Assembly: GCA_000993275.1 (NCBI GenBank)
Contig: LBVV01000007.1
Location: 57,290 to 121,289, forward strand
Length of the DNA stretch: 64,000 nucleotides
Direction: 5' to 3'
Origin: a candidate division CPR2 bacterium GW2011_GWC2_39_10
Lineage (GTDB): Bacteria; Patescibacteriota; CPR2
The notes beneath the pieces were generated by a model, which saw nothing but the letters and a program-made list of their open reading frames with translations, did not search any database and was not told where the DNA came from. The position numbers and the translations under genes were made by a program. Below, in pieces: positions 1-9,779 of the stretch (positions within the stretch are counted from its first letter, which is position 1; every line of letters starts with the position of its first letter).

Positions 1-1
1 A

Positions 2-442
2 AAAGAATTCAAGACACAATTAGAAGAATATAAGAAATACAAAGAAGCGGCCGAACATTTAAAAGAAATTTTAGCAAAAGGTAAATTTTCTCGAAGTCCC
101 GGCGAAAGGCAATTTGATAAAGCCATTTTCTTTCACCCTCCCGGGACCGAATTAAAAGATTTAAGCCTTTTATTTCAACAAATCTTAAAAAAGATGCCGG
201 ACAAACCGCTGGAAGAAAAAACCATACAAAAACAAGTAACAATCGAGGAAATAATTGATCAAATTAATCATGCCCTAAAGAAAAATAAAACACTAAACTT
301 GCTTGATGAAATAAAAAAAGCAAAATCTAAAATCGAAATTGTGGTTTATTTTTTAGCAATACTGGAGCTAATAAAACAAAAGGCTATAAGGGTGATCCAA
401 AAGGAGAATTTTAATAATGCTGAAATTGAGGATTTGCGATGA
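2..442 (+). CDS. scpA: Segregation and condensation protein A (ScpA), C-terminal part; 5' end lies outside the window
   Basis: The reading frame is open from the window edge. The C-terminal motif 'IVVYFLAILELIKQK' is typical of ScpA. The TGA stop overlaps the ATG of the next gene (scpB) in ATGA arrangement. Confidence 0.6.
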   Translation, partial: KEFKTQLEEYKKYKEAAEHLKEILAKGKFSRSPGERQFDKAIFFHPPGTELKDLSLLFQQILKKMPDKPLEEKTIQKQVTIEEIIDQINHALKKNKTLNLLDEIKKAKSKIEIVVYFLAILELIKQKAIRVIQKENFNNAEIEDLR

Positions 443-939
443 ATATTAAAGAGATAATTGAAAGCCTGCTCTTAGTCGCAAATAAGCCCGTCAGTCCTTC
501 TGAGCTAGCAGATATACTAAAAACCGATGCAGGGAGCGTTCTGGGGGCTTTAAATAGCCTTATGGATGATTATAAGGATAGGGGCATCAATATTATTCAA
601 CACGACAATGAGTACGAAATGATTACGAACCCCTCTAACGCTAAATTCGTGAGCTTGTTTTTAAACGAGGAAACCAGAAAAGATTTAAACCAAGGCGCTT
701 TGGAGACATTGGCTATTGTTATATATAAACAGCCGGTTACAAAAAGTGAAATAGAAAATATAAGAGGCGTTAACTCGGATTATGCAGTTAGATCTCTGCT
801 TATTCGCGGAATAATTGAAGAAAAAGGACGAAAAGAATCTTTGGGTAAGCCCATTTTATACGGCACAAATTCAAACCTATTAAAACATTTTGGCATAAAA
901 TCCTTAGACGAACTACCCAAAACCGAGGATAAAAAATGA
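439..939 (+). CDS. scpB: Segregation and condensation protein B (ScpB)
   Basis: 166 aa with ScpB-like winged-helix features ('SPSELADIL', 'GALETLAIVIYKQPVTKSEIE', 'RGVNSDY...LL.RGII'). It overlaps the scpA stop by 4 nt. Confidence 0.8.
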   Translation: MNIKEIIESLLLVANKPVSPSELADILKTDAGSVLGALNSLMDDYKDRGINIIQHDNEYEMITNPSNAKFVSLFLNEETRKDLNQGALETLAIVIYKQPVTKSEIENIRGVNSDYAVRSLLIRGIIEEKGRKESLGKPILYGTNSNLLKHFGIKSLDELPKTEDKK

Positions 940-951
940 TTAAGGCTATTT

Positions 952-1638
952 ATGGAAAGAATTAATAAGTACTTAGCCAAATGTAACCTTGGTTCAAGAA
1001 GAAAAGTTGAAAAATATATTGAAAATGGGCAAATCTTTATCGATGGAAAAAAAGCTTCTTTAACGGATATTGTTAGCCCGAACAATGTCATAACTCTTGA
1101 CGACAAACCGTTACTGGCAAAAAAATTCGAATACGTTTTAATTAATAAACCAACCGGTTATGTAACTACCGTTAAAGATAATCATGCGAAACAAATAATT
1201 ATCGATTTACTGCCGCAAAACTTACGTCATCTAAAACCAGTTGGAAGGTTGGACAAGGAAACCTCTGGCTTAATACTTTTGACCAATGACGGGAATTTGG
1301 CAAACAAACTTACGCACCCAAGATATGAAAAAGAAAAAGAATACGAAGTAAAAACAAAACCGGAATTTACCGAAACCGCACTGGAAAAAATGTCGAGCGG
1401 TTTTGAACTTGAAGATGGATTTATAAAGCCAAAAAAATTTGAGATAAAAAATGGCAAAATATATATCACCATCTCAGAAGGTAGAAACAGACTTATAAGA
1501 CGAATGTTTTCCTATTTTGGCTTTGAAGTGATAGAATTAAAGAGAACAAGAATATCATTTTTAAAACTTGGCCATTTAAGAGAAGGCGAGTTTATACACC
1601 TAAGCAATAAGGAGATTTGCAAATTAAAAGATGAGTAA
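952..1638 (+). CDS. Pseudouridine synthase, RsuA/RluB family (S4 domain plus catalytic domain)
   Basis: N-terminal S4 RNA-binding region ('RINKYLAKCNLGSRRKVEKYIENGQIFIDGK'). Catalytic motif 'VGRLDKETSGLILLTNDG' has the conserved Asp. Confidence 0.8.
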   Translation: MERINKYLAKCNLGSRRKVEKYIENGQIFIDGKKASLTDIVSPNNVITLDDKPLLAKKFEYVLINKPTGYVTTVKDNHAKQIIIDLLPQNLRHLKPVGRLDKETSGLILLTNDGNLANKLTHPRYEKEKEYEVKTKPEFTETALEKMSSGFELEDGFIKPKKFEIKNGKIYITISEGRNRLIRRMFSYFGFEVIELKRTRISFLKLGHLREGEFIHLSNKEICKLKDE

Positions 1639-2542
1639 CCTTCTTATCACATTATTCATAGCTTCAGACTTGTTGTTGCCTTCGACATGGGCAAAAAACA
1701 TTCAGGAAAAGTATGTTAGCTTGGACTCTGATACAAAAACCCAAAAGACCATACCTACCAAAGGCATACAAATTGAGCTATCAAATTTACCGATAAAAAA
1801 TTCTGAACAAATTTTTTATACTAATCTTAGCGACACTATTTATGCGATAGACTTGAATACTAATTCTGTTCTTCTTGATAAAAATAGTTCTTCAAAAGTT
1901 CCGATGGCCAGCTTAACCAAGCTGATGACCGCTTATCTTGCCTTCGAAAACCTCAAGTTGGATGATATCGCTATGGTTTCTCAATATAGTCTTGCTTCGG
2001 AAGAATCATATATGGGGTTGTTCCCCGGTGAAAAGATTTCCATTAGGGATCTGCTTTATGGCCTTTTGGTGGAATCAGCAGGAGACGCTGCCATTATTCT
2101 TGGCAGGGAAATAAGCGGCACCGACTTAAAGTTTGTTACCAAAATGAACGAAACTGCCAAAAAAATAGGTTTGTTGTCAACTAATTTTGAAAATCCGAGC
2201 GGAATGGACTCGAAATTTCACTATTCCAGTGCCAGAGACTTGGCCACAATTACAAGAATATTGCTTAATGACAGCGAGTTCAAAAATATTGTTAAAACAA
2301 AGGAATTTGATGCTAAATCAACCTCGGGCTATATACATCATCTTGCAAATACTAATAAATTGTTAGATAATGATATGATTTTCGGAGTTAAAACCGGAAA
2401 AACAAATTTGGCAGGAGAATGCCTCATTACACTTGCCAGGTTGAAAAATCATGATATTCTCATAGTTGTTATGGGTTCTAAAAACCGCTTTCTCGAAACT
2501 AATAATATTATTTCATGGATCAATAACGTATATGTCTGGTAA
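1631..2542 (+). CDS. D-alanyl-D-alanine carboxypeptidase (serine peptidase S11, PBP5-like)
   Basis: SxxK motif 'ASLTKLMT', KTG motif 'GVKTGKT', an N-terminal hydrophobic signal and a length of 303 aa. Confidence 0.7.
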   Translation: MSNLLITLFIASDLLLPSTWAKNIQEKYVSLDSDTKTQKTIPTKGIQIELSNLPIKNSEQIFYTNLSDTIYAIDLNTNSVLLDKNSSSKVPMASLTKLMTAYLAFENLKLDDIAMVSQYSLASEESYMGLFPGEKISIRDLLYGLLVESAGDAAIILGREISGTDLKFVTKMNETAKKIGLLSTNFENPSGMDSKFHYSSARDLATITRILLNDSEFKNIVKTKEFDAKSTSGYIHHLANTNKLLDNDMIFGVKTGKTNLAGECLITLARLKNHDILIVVMGSKNRFLETNNIISWINNVYVW

Positions 2543-3872
2543 AAATAACAAAAAACCTATTGTAACAATCGTGGGCAGGCCAAACGTTGGCAAGTCTTCT
2601 TTGTTTAATAGAATTATTGGTCAAAGAACCGCTATTACCTCTGATGTAGCAGGCACAACTAGAGATCGAATATATGAAGATGTTGAATGGAAAAATACAA
2701 GTTTCATGCTGGTCGATACGGCGGGAATCGATAAAGACATTGAGGGCGAACTAGCCGAAAATATTCAGGATCAAATAAATTTTGCCCTTGATGAGGCTGA
2801 TTTTTTTATCTTTATGGTTGAGGCCGGAACAGAAATAACTATCGAGGACGAGAAAGCCGCCCAGATATTAAGAAAGAAAAAGAAGCCTTATATTTTAGTT
2901 GCCAATAAAGCAGATAATCAGGAACTTGAGAATTCCATAGTGAATTTTTATAAACTTGGACTTGGGGAACCAATTGGCGTTTCGTCAATTCATGGAAGAG
3001 GAGTAGGAGATTTTCTAGACTTGTTGGTGCAAAAGATAAAGAAAATCCCGGGAAAACCAATTGAGCCTAAAACGACTGATATTGTCGTTGCTTTACTTGG
3101 CAGGCCGAATGTAGGCAAATCGTCCATACTTAATAAATTATCGGGGCAGGGCATTGCAATTGTCTCCGAAGTTCCCGGAACCACGCGTGACGTAAACGAA
3201 GCCATAATTAAAAAAGACGATAAAAAAATTTTACTCATTGATACGGCAGGTATCAGGAAGAGCGGGAAGATTGAAACGGGAATTGAAAAATATAGCGTTT
3301 TAAGGTCTCTCAAAGCCGCCGAAAGGGCAGACATTGTACTTCTTGTACTTGATGCCACTGAGGGCGCTGTGGCTAAAGATTTAAGCATTGCCGGTATGGT
3401 TAAGGAAATGGGCAAAGGCCTTATTATCGTTGTAAATAAGTGGGATGCTATCGAAAAAGATGAACAGCCCATGGACCAGTATTTAGCGATGCTTCGAGAT
3501 AAATACGATTTTGTGAGCTGGTCGCCCGTGATTTTCGTCTCGGCTTTAACCGGAAAAAATTTGGATAAAATAGGCTCGCTCATAGAATCTGTCAGCGAAA
3601 ATAGGGAAATTAAAATTCAAACGTCCAAAGTAAATAATTTGATTGAGAAGATTACCACTAAAAGGCCTCCGGGAATAAAAAGGGGAACAAGGCCGAAAAT
3701 TTTTTACGCAACGCAAACCGGTACTGCTCCGCCGGAATTTACTTTGTTTTGCAATTATCCCGAATATATTCATTTTTCTTATATTAGATACTTGGAAAAT
3801 AGCTTTAGAAAGGAAGCTGATTTTACCGGAACTCCAATTAAGATAGTATTAAAAAAGAGGCAGAGCAAATGA
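2532..3872 (+). CDS. der: GTPase Der (EngA), two tandem GTP-binding domains
   Basis: Two G1 motifs 'GRPNVGKSS', two 'DTAG' motifs and 'NKAD'/'NKWD' motifs, followed by a KH-like C-terminus. The ORF track starts at 2466, but the ATG at 2532 (MSGKNNKKPIV...) avoids a 76-nt overlap and matches canonical Der N-termini. Confidence 0.88.
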   Translation: MSGKNNKKPIVTIVGRPNVGKSSLFNRIIGQRTAITSDVAGTTRDRIYEDVEWKNTSFMLVDTAGIDKDIEGELAENIQDQINFALDEADFFIFMVEAGTEITIEDEKAAQILRKKKKPYILVANKADNQELENSIVNFYKLGLGEPIGVSSIHGRGVGDFLDLLVQKIKKIPGKPIEPKTTDIVVALLGRPNVGKSSILNKLSGQGIAIVSEVPGTTRDVNEAIIKKDDKKILLIDTAGIRKSGKIETGIEKYSVLRSLKAAERADIVLLVLDATEGAVAKDLSIAGMVKEMGKGLIIVVNKWDAIEKDEQPMDQYLAMLRDKYDFVSWSPVIFVSALTGKNLDKIGSLIESVSENREIKIQTSKVNNLIEKITTKRPPGIKRGTRPKIFYATQTGTAPPEFTLFCNYPEYIHFSYIRYLENSFRKEADFTGTPIKIVLKKRQSK

Positions 3873-4423
3873 TATTAATTCTGGGACTTGGAAATCCGGG
3901 CAAAGATTATGAGAAAACAAGGCATAATGCCGGTTTTATGTTTTTGGACGCACTTGCTTCAAAATACAGTTTAAGCTTTTCTTTTAATAAAAAATTTAAT
4001 GCTCAAATAGTTGGTACGTCCATTGAAGGAGAGGACATTATATTTGTTAAACCGCAAACCTATATGAATTTATCCGGCAATGCAGCATTGAAAATTGCTA
4101 ATTATTACAAAATACCGGCAGAAAAAATTTGGGTTATTTATGATGATGTGGACTTAACACTTGGCAAAATTAGAACTAGGCAAAGTGGTTCCTCCGGCGG
4201 ACACAAGGGAATTGATTCCATAATCGATAATTTAAATAACGATAATTTTTTCAGAATAAGAATAGGCATTAAGACAGAAAGTCTTGACCAAATCCCAACC
4301 GAGAAATATGTTCTTGGAAAACTCACGAAAGCAGAACAAGAAATTATTAATACTTCTTTTAATAAGCTGTTCGACCTCATTATATCTTTTATAAAAGATG
4401 GGCCAGGGAACATAAGCGCCTAA
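3869..4423 (+). CDS. pth: Peptidyl-tRNA hydrolase
   Basis: The N-terminus 'MILILGLGNPGKDYEKTRHNAGF' is the canonical Pth signature. The protein is 184 aa. A 4-nt overlap with der suggests an operon. Confidence 0.9.
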   Translation: MILILGLGNPGKDYEKTRHNAGFMFLDALASKYSLSFSFNKKFNAQIVGTSIEGEDIIFVKPQTYMNLSGNAALKIANYYKIPAEKIWVIYDDVDLTLGKIRTRQSGSSGGHKGIDSIIDNLNNDNFFRIRIGIKTESLDQIPTEKYVLGKLTKAEQEIINTSFNKLFDLIISFIKDGPGNISA

Positions 4424-4427
4424 ACAA

Positions 4428-4466
4428 AAAGAAAGACCCCGCTTACGCGGGGTCTTTCTCGAGTTT
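4428..4466 (+). terminator. Rho-independent terminator after pth
   Basis: An 11-bp GC-rich stem (aaagaccccgc / gcggggtcttt) with a ttac loop, followed by a T-containing tail. Confidence 0.6.
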
Positions 4467-4793
4467 GCAAAGGCCTCCCAAAATACAACAACTGTCAAAT
4501 TGACTTGATCTGCCTCTATAAAATTATTAGGCAGACGTGTTGCTGGGAGAATTATACTAACGAGTGGCCTCAAGGAGGGTGGTTAAGGTCCCGCTCGTTA
4601 GCAGGATTCTCCAAACAACTGGAGGGTTTGCTTATCAAATTACGGTTTTTTTACAACCGTCAAGAAATTTTATCAAACCGTTATTCTTTTGTCAACTATT
4701 TTTAGAAAAATCTATCAACCAGTTGATTGATAGAGCATCATAGCAAATAATTTCAATTATGTCAAGCACTTTTTTAACAAAAATTTTTTACAT

Positions 4794-4828
4794 AAAAAAG
4801 GGAGTTTCTTGTTACGGAAACTCCCCGG
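4794..4828 (-). terminator. Rho-independent terminator for the minus-strand gene 4840..5379
   Basis: A 9-bp stem (gggagtttc / gaaactccc). On the minus strand the hairpin is followed by a T-run. Confidence 0.6.
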
Positions 4829-4839
4829 ATAGCTATACG

Positions 4840-5379
4840 CTACCTTACACCCTTATCTGAGAGATATCGATCGTCATACTTACTCACAATGTGGTTGCGT
4901 CTTTTTTCGATCTTTTCACTATTGCTCGCATCTATGGCATCGGCTTGCTTTAATTGCTTTGCTTTTTTCTCCGCCGAGTCTAGCTTTTGCATTTCCTCTT
5001 TTAACCTGTCATCCAGCTTCTTTCTACTTATGATTCTACTCATATGGCTAAGACTATTATAGATTTCTCTAATTTCATCGACAGTTTGCCATACGAATGA
5101 CCACAAGAGAGAAAACATGGCTTTGAAAACAAAGGCAACGGAAGTTAAGAGCACCACGCATATAAAATGCACAGCCGGTCTCTTGCCATACCTTCTGCTC
5201 CAAAGGTACATAAGCAGAATGATAAGAAGCGGTATCATAAACTTTGTCAGCGCAATTACTGCCGGACCAAAAAATTTATGACCAAAAATTGCTTCTAGCG
5301 GCTGGTTAAACAGATTGTCCGCAAGAATGTTAAAGTCCTCCCATACCATTTTTGTTGCAGAAAAAAACATACTTTTCAT
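4840..5379 (-). CDS. Hypothetical membrane protein
   Basis: 179-aa ORF with 2-3 predicted TM helices ('PAVIALTKFMIPLLIILLMYLW', 'FICVVLLTSVAFVF') and a K/E-rich C-terminal tail. No recognisable family. Confidence 0.45.
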   Translation of the reverse strand: MKSMFFSATKMVWEDFNILADNLFNQPLEAIFGHKFFGPAVIALTKFMIPLLIILLMYLWSRRYGKRPAVHFICVVLLTSVAFVFKAMFSLLWSFVWQTVDEIREIYNSLSHMSRIISRKKLDDRLKEEMQKLDSAEKKAKQLKQADAIDASNSEKIEKRRNHIVSKYDDRYLSDKGVR

Positions 5380-5396
5380 TTTAATCCCTTACCTTT

Positions 5397-6212
5397 CTAG
5401 TGGATTCCTATCTTTTTCGCGGCCACCCATGGCCTAAATGAACATTTCCAGTTAGAATAAACAATTCTGCTAAAAGCAACATTTATTACCGGATCATAAA
5501 GGTCATACAAGGTTAGCCCATACTTTTGCATAACTAGCTTCTGCCACCTCAAATTTATTTGAGTAACTCCAAAGTCTAAACATCCGCCGTGATTTAACTC
5601 ATAAGGAAGACCGCTAGACTCTCGCCAAAATACCGAGATAGCATCCGCCGAATTGTACGGATAATATAACCTTATCAAGGGCTTTAGCGCGTTCATTTCG
5701 GGCGTAGATCCGGCAATATCCTTTTTTAGGATACTCCTTGCGTGTTGTTTTTTCGCCAGATTTAAAGCAACCAAATGAAGTCTTAATCTTTTCTTTCCCA
5801 GTTCAGACTTATCCTGCTCAAGCATAGCCGTTAGATCTGCTTCATAGTTGTCTGCACAAATAGCAGAGATTTTTGACAGCTCTTTTAAGCCTGCTACTAC
5901 TGCCGCTTTTTCTTTTTCATTGCTAGTTTGCCTTAAGTGGCTTTTATGAAAGGAACTTATTTTGATATGAGCTTCATATCTTCTTAGGTACAAGGACAAG
6001 TCATATTTCTGCTGTGCTTTCCTTTCTTCCTTCGCAAACACTACATTGATTCTTGCTTTTTCAGCTTTTTTTCCACTAGTGTCTGATTTTGCCACTTCCA
6101 CCGGAACATGTTTCACTTCCTGCTTTTTTTCGCCAATTGCAGTTTGACCATAAGCAAACGCGCTCGCGAAAAAGACGGCTACAAAAACAAAAATTTTTGC
6201 CGAGCAATCCAT
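5397..6212 (-). CDS. Secreted lytic transglycosylase-like protein (SLT domain)
   Basis: The start at 6212 (MDCSAKIFVFVAVFFASAFA, a signal peptide) is preceded by a GGAGG RBS. The C-terminal 'WRESSGLPYELNHGGCLDFGVTQIN' resembles the SLT catalytic Glu-Ser...GxxQ region. The ORF track's longer start at 6356 lacks an RBS. Confidence 0.55.
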   Translation of the reverse strand: MDCSAKIFVFVAVFFASAFAYGQTAIGEKKQEVKHVPVEVAKSDTSGKKAEKARINVVFAKEERKAQQKYDLSLYLRRYEAHIKISSFHKSHLRQTSNEKEKAAVVAGLKELSKISAICADNYEADLTAMLEQDKSELGKKRLRLHLVALNLAKKQHARSILKKDIAGSTPEMNALKPLIRLYYPYNSADAISVFWRESSGLPYELNHGGCLDFGVTQINLRWQKLVMQKYGLTLYDLYDPVINVAFSRIVYSNWKCSFRPWVAAKKIGIH

Positions 6213-6500
6213 TTTACACCTCCTTTTCAATGTCCCATCTTTTTTACTGGAAAAAATCCATGGCTTTACTGGACTTTTTTCAATAAAAAAAAGCAAGCTT
6301 AAACGAAAGCCTGCTACTTTTAAAAAGGGTAACAAAAAAACGACCGGTTTCACCACTAGCTACCTGCGACCATAAGGTGACCATATATATGTCGCGGGTC
6401 ATAGCTTTCGTTAGAATAATTGAACTAAATTGTTAATAAACATAACTACATTAACATAAAAGTATTTTTGTGTCAATGCTTTTTATGATATTATATTTTT

Positions 6501-7580
6501 ATGGACAAAAAAGATAAGGAAATTTTAATAACAATTGATAAGATGCAACTTTTTTCGCCATCGACTTTTTTAAAATTACTCGAATATTTTAAATCAGTAA
6601 GAAATATCTGGAATGCGCCCAAGCAAACATTAAGACAATGCGGCCTTATTAAAGAAAAAGAAATTAATATTTATTTTGACCAAAAAAAGATTATCGAACC
6701 TTTTGGAATTGTAAAAACACTTAGCGAAAAAAATATTAATGCAGTTTCATTATTTGATGCGGATTATCCGGAAAAACTGAAAAATATATCCGATCCGCCA
6801 ATTGTACTGTATATAAGAGGTGCGCTTAATTTCGAACCCAAAATACCCGCTATTGGAATTGTAGGATCCAGAAAAGCCACCTTAGACGGGAGGATAATAA
6901 CAAAAGAAATTGCCGCCACTCTGGCTAGAACCGGAATGGTAATCGTTTCCGGACTGGCAGAAGGAATTGACAGTGAGGCTCACCGCGGGTGTTTGGAGGC
7001 AAGAGGCAAAACCATTGCTGTTCTCGGTACACCCATAGACCGCATTTATCCAGCACACAACCTTGCTTTGGCAAGCAAGATTCTTACTACCGGGGGTACC
7101 ATTGTTTCGGAATATCCCCCTGGAATTCGCACACAAAGATACCATTTTGTAGGAAGAAATCGAATAATTGCAGCCCTAAGTGACGGGGTACTTTTAGTTG
7201 AAGCGGCTGAAAAATCCGGTGCTTTAATTACGGCGGATTTTGCCCTGGATTTTGGGAAGGATGTTTACAGCGTTCCGGGAAGCCCCTTAAGTCTTAACTC
7301 AAAAGGAACAAATAACTTAATTAAAATGGGAGCAAAGCCGGTTACTCGAGCTGAGGATATTTTAGAAGATTATATTTTGCCAACTAACCAAACTTCAAAA
7401 GAACAAGACCTGTCAGATGAAGAAAGGGAGCTATTGTCGGCTCTCATCACACCTTTGGGTATAGAAAAATTGGCAATGCAACTAAATCAGCCGATCTCTA
7501 AAATAAGCGTCTTAATTTCATGCATGGAACTTAGGGGGCAAATAAAAAACATAAACGGCGTAATTTATCCGTCTAAGTAA
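6501..7580 (+). CDS. dprA: DNA processing protein DprA (Smf)
   Basis: Rossmann-like DprA core 'IGIVGSRKATLDGR...VIVSGLAEGIDSEAHRG...TIAVLGTPIDRIYP...GGTIVSEYPPG', with a C-terminal winged-helix extension. Confidence 0.85.
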   Translation: MDKKDKEILITIDKMQLFSPSTFLKLLEYFKSVRNIWNAPKQTLRQCGLIKEKEINIYFDQKKIIEPFGIVKTLSEKNINAVSLFDADYPEKLKNISDPPIVLYIRGALNFEPKIPAIGIVGSRKATLDGRIITKEIAATLARTGMVIVSGLAEGIDSEAHRGCLEARGKTIAVLGTPIDRIYPAHNLALASKILTTGGTIVSEYPPGIRTQRYHFVGRNRIIAALSDGVLLVEAAEKSGALITADFALDFGKDVYSVPGSPLSLNSKGTNNLIKMGAKPVTRAEDILEDYILPTNQTSKEQDLSDEERELLSALITPLGIEKLAMQLNQPISKISVLISCMELRGQIKNINGVIYPSK

Positions 7581-7611
7581 ACGCTTGCCACCACATCAAA
7601 TAATATAAAAC

Positions 7612-9705
7612 TTGACGAAATTTAAAATATATTTAATAGTTGAATCACCGGCGAAAGCTAAAACAATTGAAAGATTTTTGGGACCCGATTATAAGGTTAA
7701 GGCCAGCTTTGGGCATATAAGAGACCTTCCAAAATCCAAGCTTGGCATTGATGTCGATAAAAATTTTAAACCCACCTATATCATTCCCAAGAAAGCTCAA
7801 AAAGTCGTCACTGATCTTAAGAAAGAAGTTGAAAAGGCAGAAACTGTTTTTCTGGCAACAGACCTTGACAGAGAAGGGGAGGCTATTTCCTGGCACATAC
7901 TTAAAGCTACCGGCCTTGACCATACTAGCGATAAAGCGAAAAGAATCACTTTCCATGAGATCACAAAAGAAGCTCTAACCGACGCTGTGTCTCACCCCAG
8001 AAAAATCAATAAGGACCTGGTTGACGCCCAGCAAGGTAGGCGTATCTTAGATAGACTTGTTGGATATAAGCTAAGTCCCTTGCTTTGGGCTAAAGTAAAA
8101 AGAGGGCTATCGGCAGGCAGAGTGCAATCCGTTGCATTGCGGCTCATCGTCGAAAGGGAAAGAGAAATAGAGGCTTTTAAGCCCGAGGAATATTGGTCAA
8201 TTGGGGCACTTCTGAAAGCTAAAAAGGGAGAAATTACCGCTTTTGTACAAAGCTTTAAAGGCAAAAAGATAGACGTAAAAAATGAAAAAGAAGCCCAAAA
8301 AATTGTTGACGATCTCGAGAAATCTACTTTTAAAGTCAAGTCTGTGACAAAAAAAGAAGTAAATCGAAATCCGGTTGCGCCATTTATAACTTCAACCCTG
8401 CAACAAGATGCCGGAAGAAAATTGAGTTTTAGCGCTAAAAAAACTATGATGCTGGCTCAACAGCTATATGAGGGAATTGAAATTGGAGAGAAGGGAAACA
8501 CCGGACTTATAACCTACATGAGAACGGATAGCACAAGTCTTTCCGATCAGGCAATAATTAAAATTAGGAACTTAATTGAAACTAAGTACGGCAAAGAATA
8601 TCTTCCGGAAAAAGTAAAAGTTTATAAAAAAGTAAAAGCTGCTCAAGAAGCACACGAGGCAATAAGACCAACCTATCCGGAACTTGAGCCGGAGATTATA
8701 AGTCAACACTTAACAAAAGATCAGCTAAAACTCTATACGCTTATTTGGAAAAGAGCAATCGCTTGCCAAATGGCATCAGCAAAAATGGAACAAACGGCAA
8801 TAGATATTGAAGCATCAGACTACGCACTTAGAACTAATGGAAACAGAATCACATTTCCCGGATTTATTAAAGTCTATGAAGAAAGTCATGCAAGAGAGGA
8901 AGAAGAAGAGAAGAAGGCCCTTCCCGAAATCGAAATCGGCGAGATGTTAAAACTACTGGAATTACTTCCGAATAAACATTTTACTCAACCACCCGCCAGA
9001 TATTCGGAGGCTAGTCTAATTAAGGTTTTGGAGGAAGAAGGAATCGGCCGTCCCTCAACTTACGCACCGACCCTAAGCACATTGAAGGATAGGGACTATG
9101 TTCAAATAATTGACCGCAAGCTAATTCCGCAAGAAATTGGATTTATAGTTTCCGATTTACTTACCAAAAATTTTTCCAATATCATAAATATTACTTTTAC
9201 AGCTCAGATGGAGAAAGAACTTGATGATGTTGCCGAAGGGGGGACAAAATGGCAAGACGTAATTAAACATTTTTGGGAACCATTCTCCAAACAACTGGCC
9301 GAAAAGAGTGAATCTATAGAAAGAGTGGAGATACCGCCGGAGTTAGTTGAAGAAAAATGTCCCGAATGCGGCAAGCAATTAGCTATTAAAAAAGGTAGGT
9401 TTGGAACTTTTCTTGCTTGTTCCGGGTGGCCGGAATGTAGCTTTACAAAGCCATTTTCTATTCCGCTTGATATAAAATGTCCTAAATGCAACGAGGGCGA
9501 CATAGTCGAGAAAAAAAGTCGAAAAGGTAAAATATTCTTCGGATGCTCCAAATGGCCCGAATGCGATTTTGCCAGCTGGGATAAACCGGTTAACAAAAAA
9601 TGCCCCGAATGTCAGACATTAATGGTTGAAAAGGGAAAAAAGATCGTTTGTCCAAATTGTAAATTTGTAGACGCAAAAAATGATGATGAAAAAGAAAATT
9701 TGTAG
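7612..9705 (+). CDS. topA: DNA topoisomerase I
   Basis: Toprim N-terminus 'LIVESPAKAKTIERFLG'. Active-site region 'GLITYMRTDST'. Four C-terminal C4 zinc ribbons ('CPECGKQ...C', 'CPKC...C', 'CPECQ...CPNC'). The dprA-topA adjacency is widely conserved. Confidence 0.9.
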   Translation: MTKFKIYLIVESPAKAKTIERFLGPDYKVKASFGHIRDLPKSKLGIDVDKNFKPTYIIPKKAQKVVTDLKKEVEKAETVFLATDLDREGEAISWHILKATGLDHTSDKAKRITFHEITKEALTDAVSHPRKINKDLVDAQQGRRILDRLVGYKLSPLLWAKVKRGLSAGRVQSVALRLIVEREREIEAFKPEEYWSIGALLKAKKGEITAFVQSFKGKKIDVKNEKEAQKIVDDLEKSTFKVKSVTKKEVNRNPVAPFITSTLQQDAGRKLSFSAKKTMMLAQQLYEGIEIGEKGNTGLITYMRTDSTSLSDQAIIKIRNLIETKYGKEYLPEKVKVYKKVKAAQEAHEAIRPTYPELEPEIISQHLTKDQLKLYTLIWKRAIACQMASAKMEQTAIDIEASDYALRTNGNRITFPGFIKVYEESHAREEEEEKKALPEIEIGEMLKLLELLPNKHFTQPPARYSEASLIKVLEEEGIGRPSTYAPTLSTLKDRDYVQIIDRKLIPQEIGFIVSDLLTKNFSNIINITFTAQMEKELDDVAEGGTKWQDVIKHFWEPFSKQLAEKSESIERVEIPPELVEEKCPECGKQLAIKKGRFGTFLACSGWPECSFTKPFSIPLDIKCPKCNEGDIVEKKSRKGKIFFGCSKWPECDFASWDKPVNKKCPECQTLMVEKGKKIVCPNCKFVDAKNDDEKENL

Positions 9706-9720
9706 GAATCTGCAGAACCG

Positions 9721-9749
9721 TTGACAAATTATCATCAAGATGCTATAAT
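9721..9749 (+). promoter_or_regulatory. Perfect-consensus sigma70-type promoter (TTGACA-N17-TATAAT)
   Basis: TTGACA at 9721-9726, a 17-nt spacer, and TATAAT at 9744-9749, about 30 nt upstream of the ATG at 9780. Confidence 0.6.
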
Positions 9750-9779
9750 TTATGCATCTATTAATTAGCTATAAAAAAA

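Noticed and set aside
780-1106. Numerous antisense or overlapping ORFs in the six-frame track (e.g. 780..1106-, 2990..3583-, 9204..9596-, 19818..20210+, 24521..24901+, 45189..45477+, 50236..50595+, 53037..53270+)
   Set aside because: Each lies wholly inside a well-supported conserved gene on the opposite strand or in another frame. They have biased low-complexity compositions and lack RBSs, so they are treated as spurious.
4470-4650. SRP RNA / 6S / RNase P / tmRNA assignment for the structured region
   Set aside because: The conserved signatures are not found: the GGAA tetraloop with AGCAG asymmetric-loop motif of SRP, the AGGAAAGUCCGGGCUCC of RNase P, and the tRNA-like 3' end plus tag ORF of tmRNA. 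Only a generic candidate sRNA is reported.
4505-4705. 66-aa plus-strand ORF in the pth downstream intergenic region
   Set aside because: It has implausible composition (Trp/Cys-rich) and overlaps the predicted stem-loops. It is more likely non-coding (see the sRNA finding).
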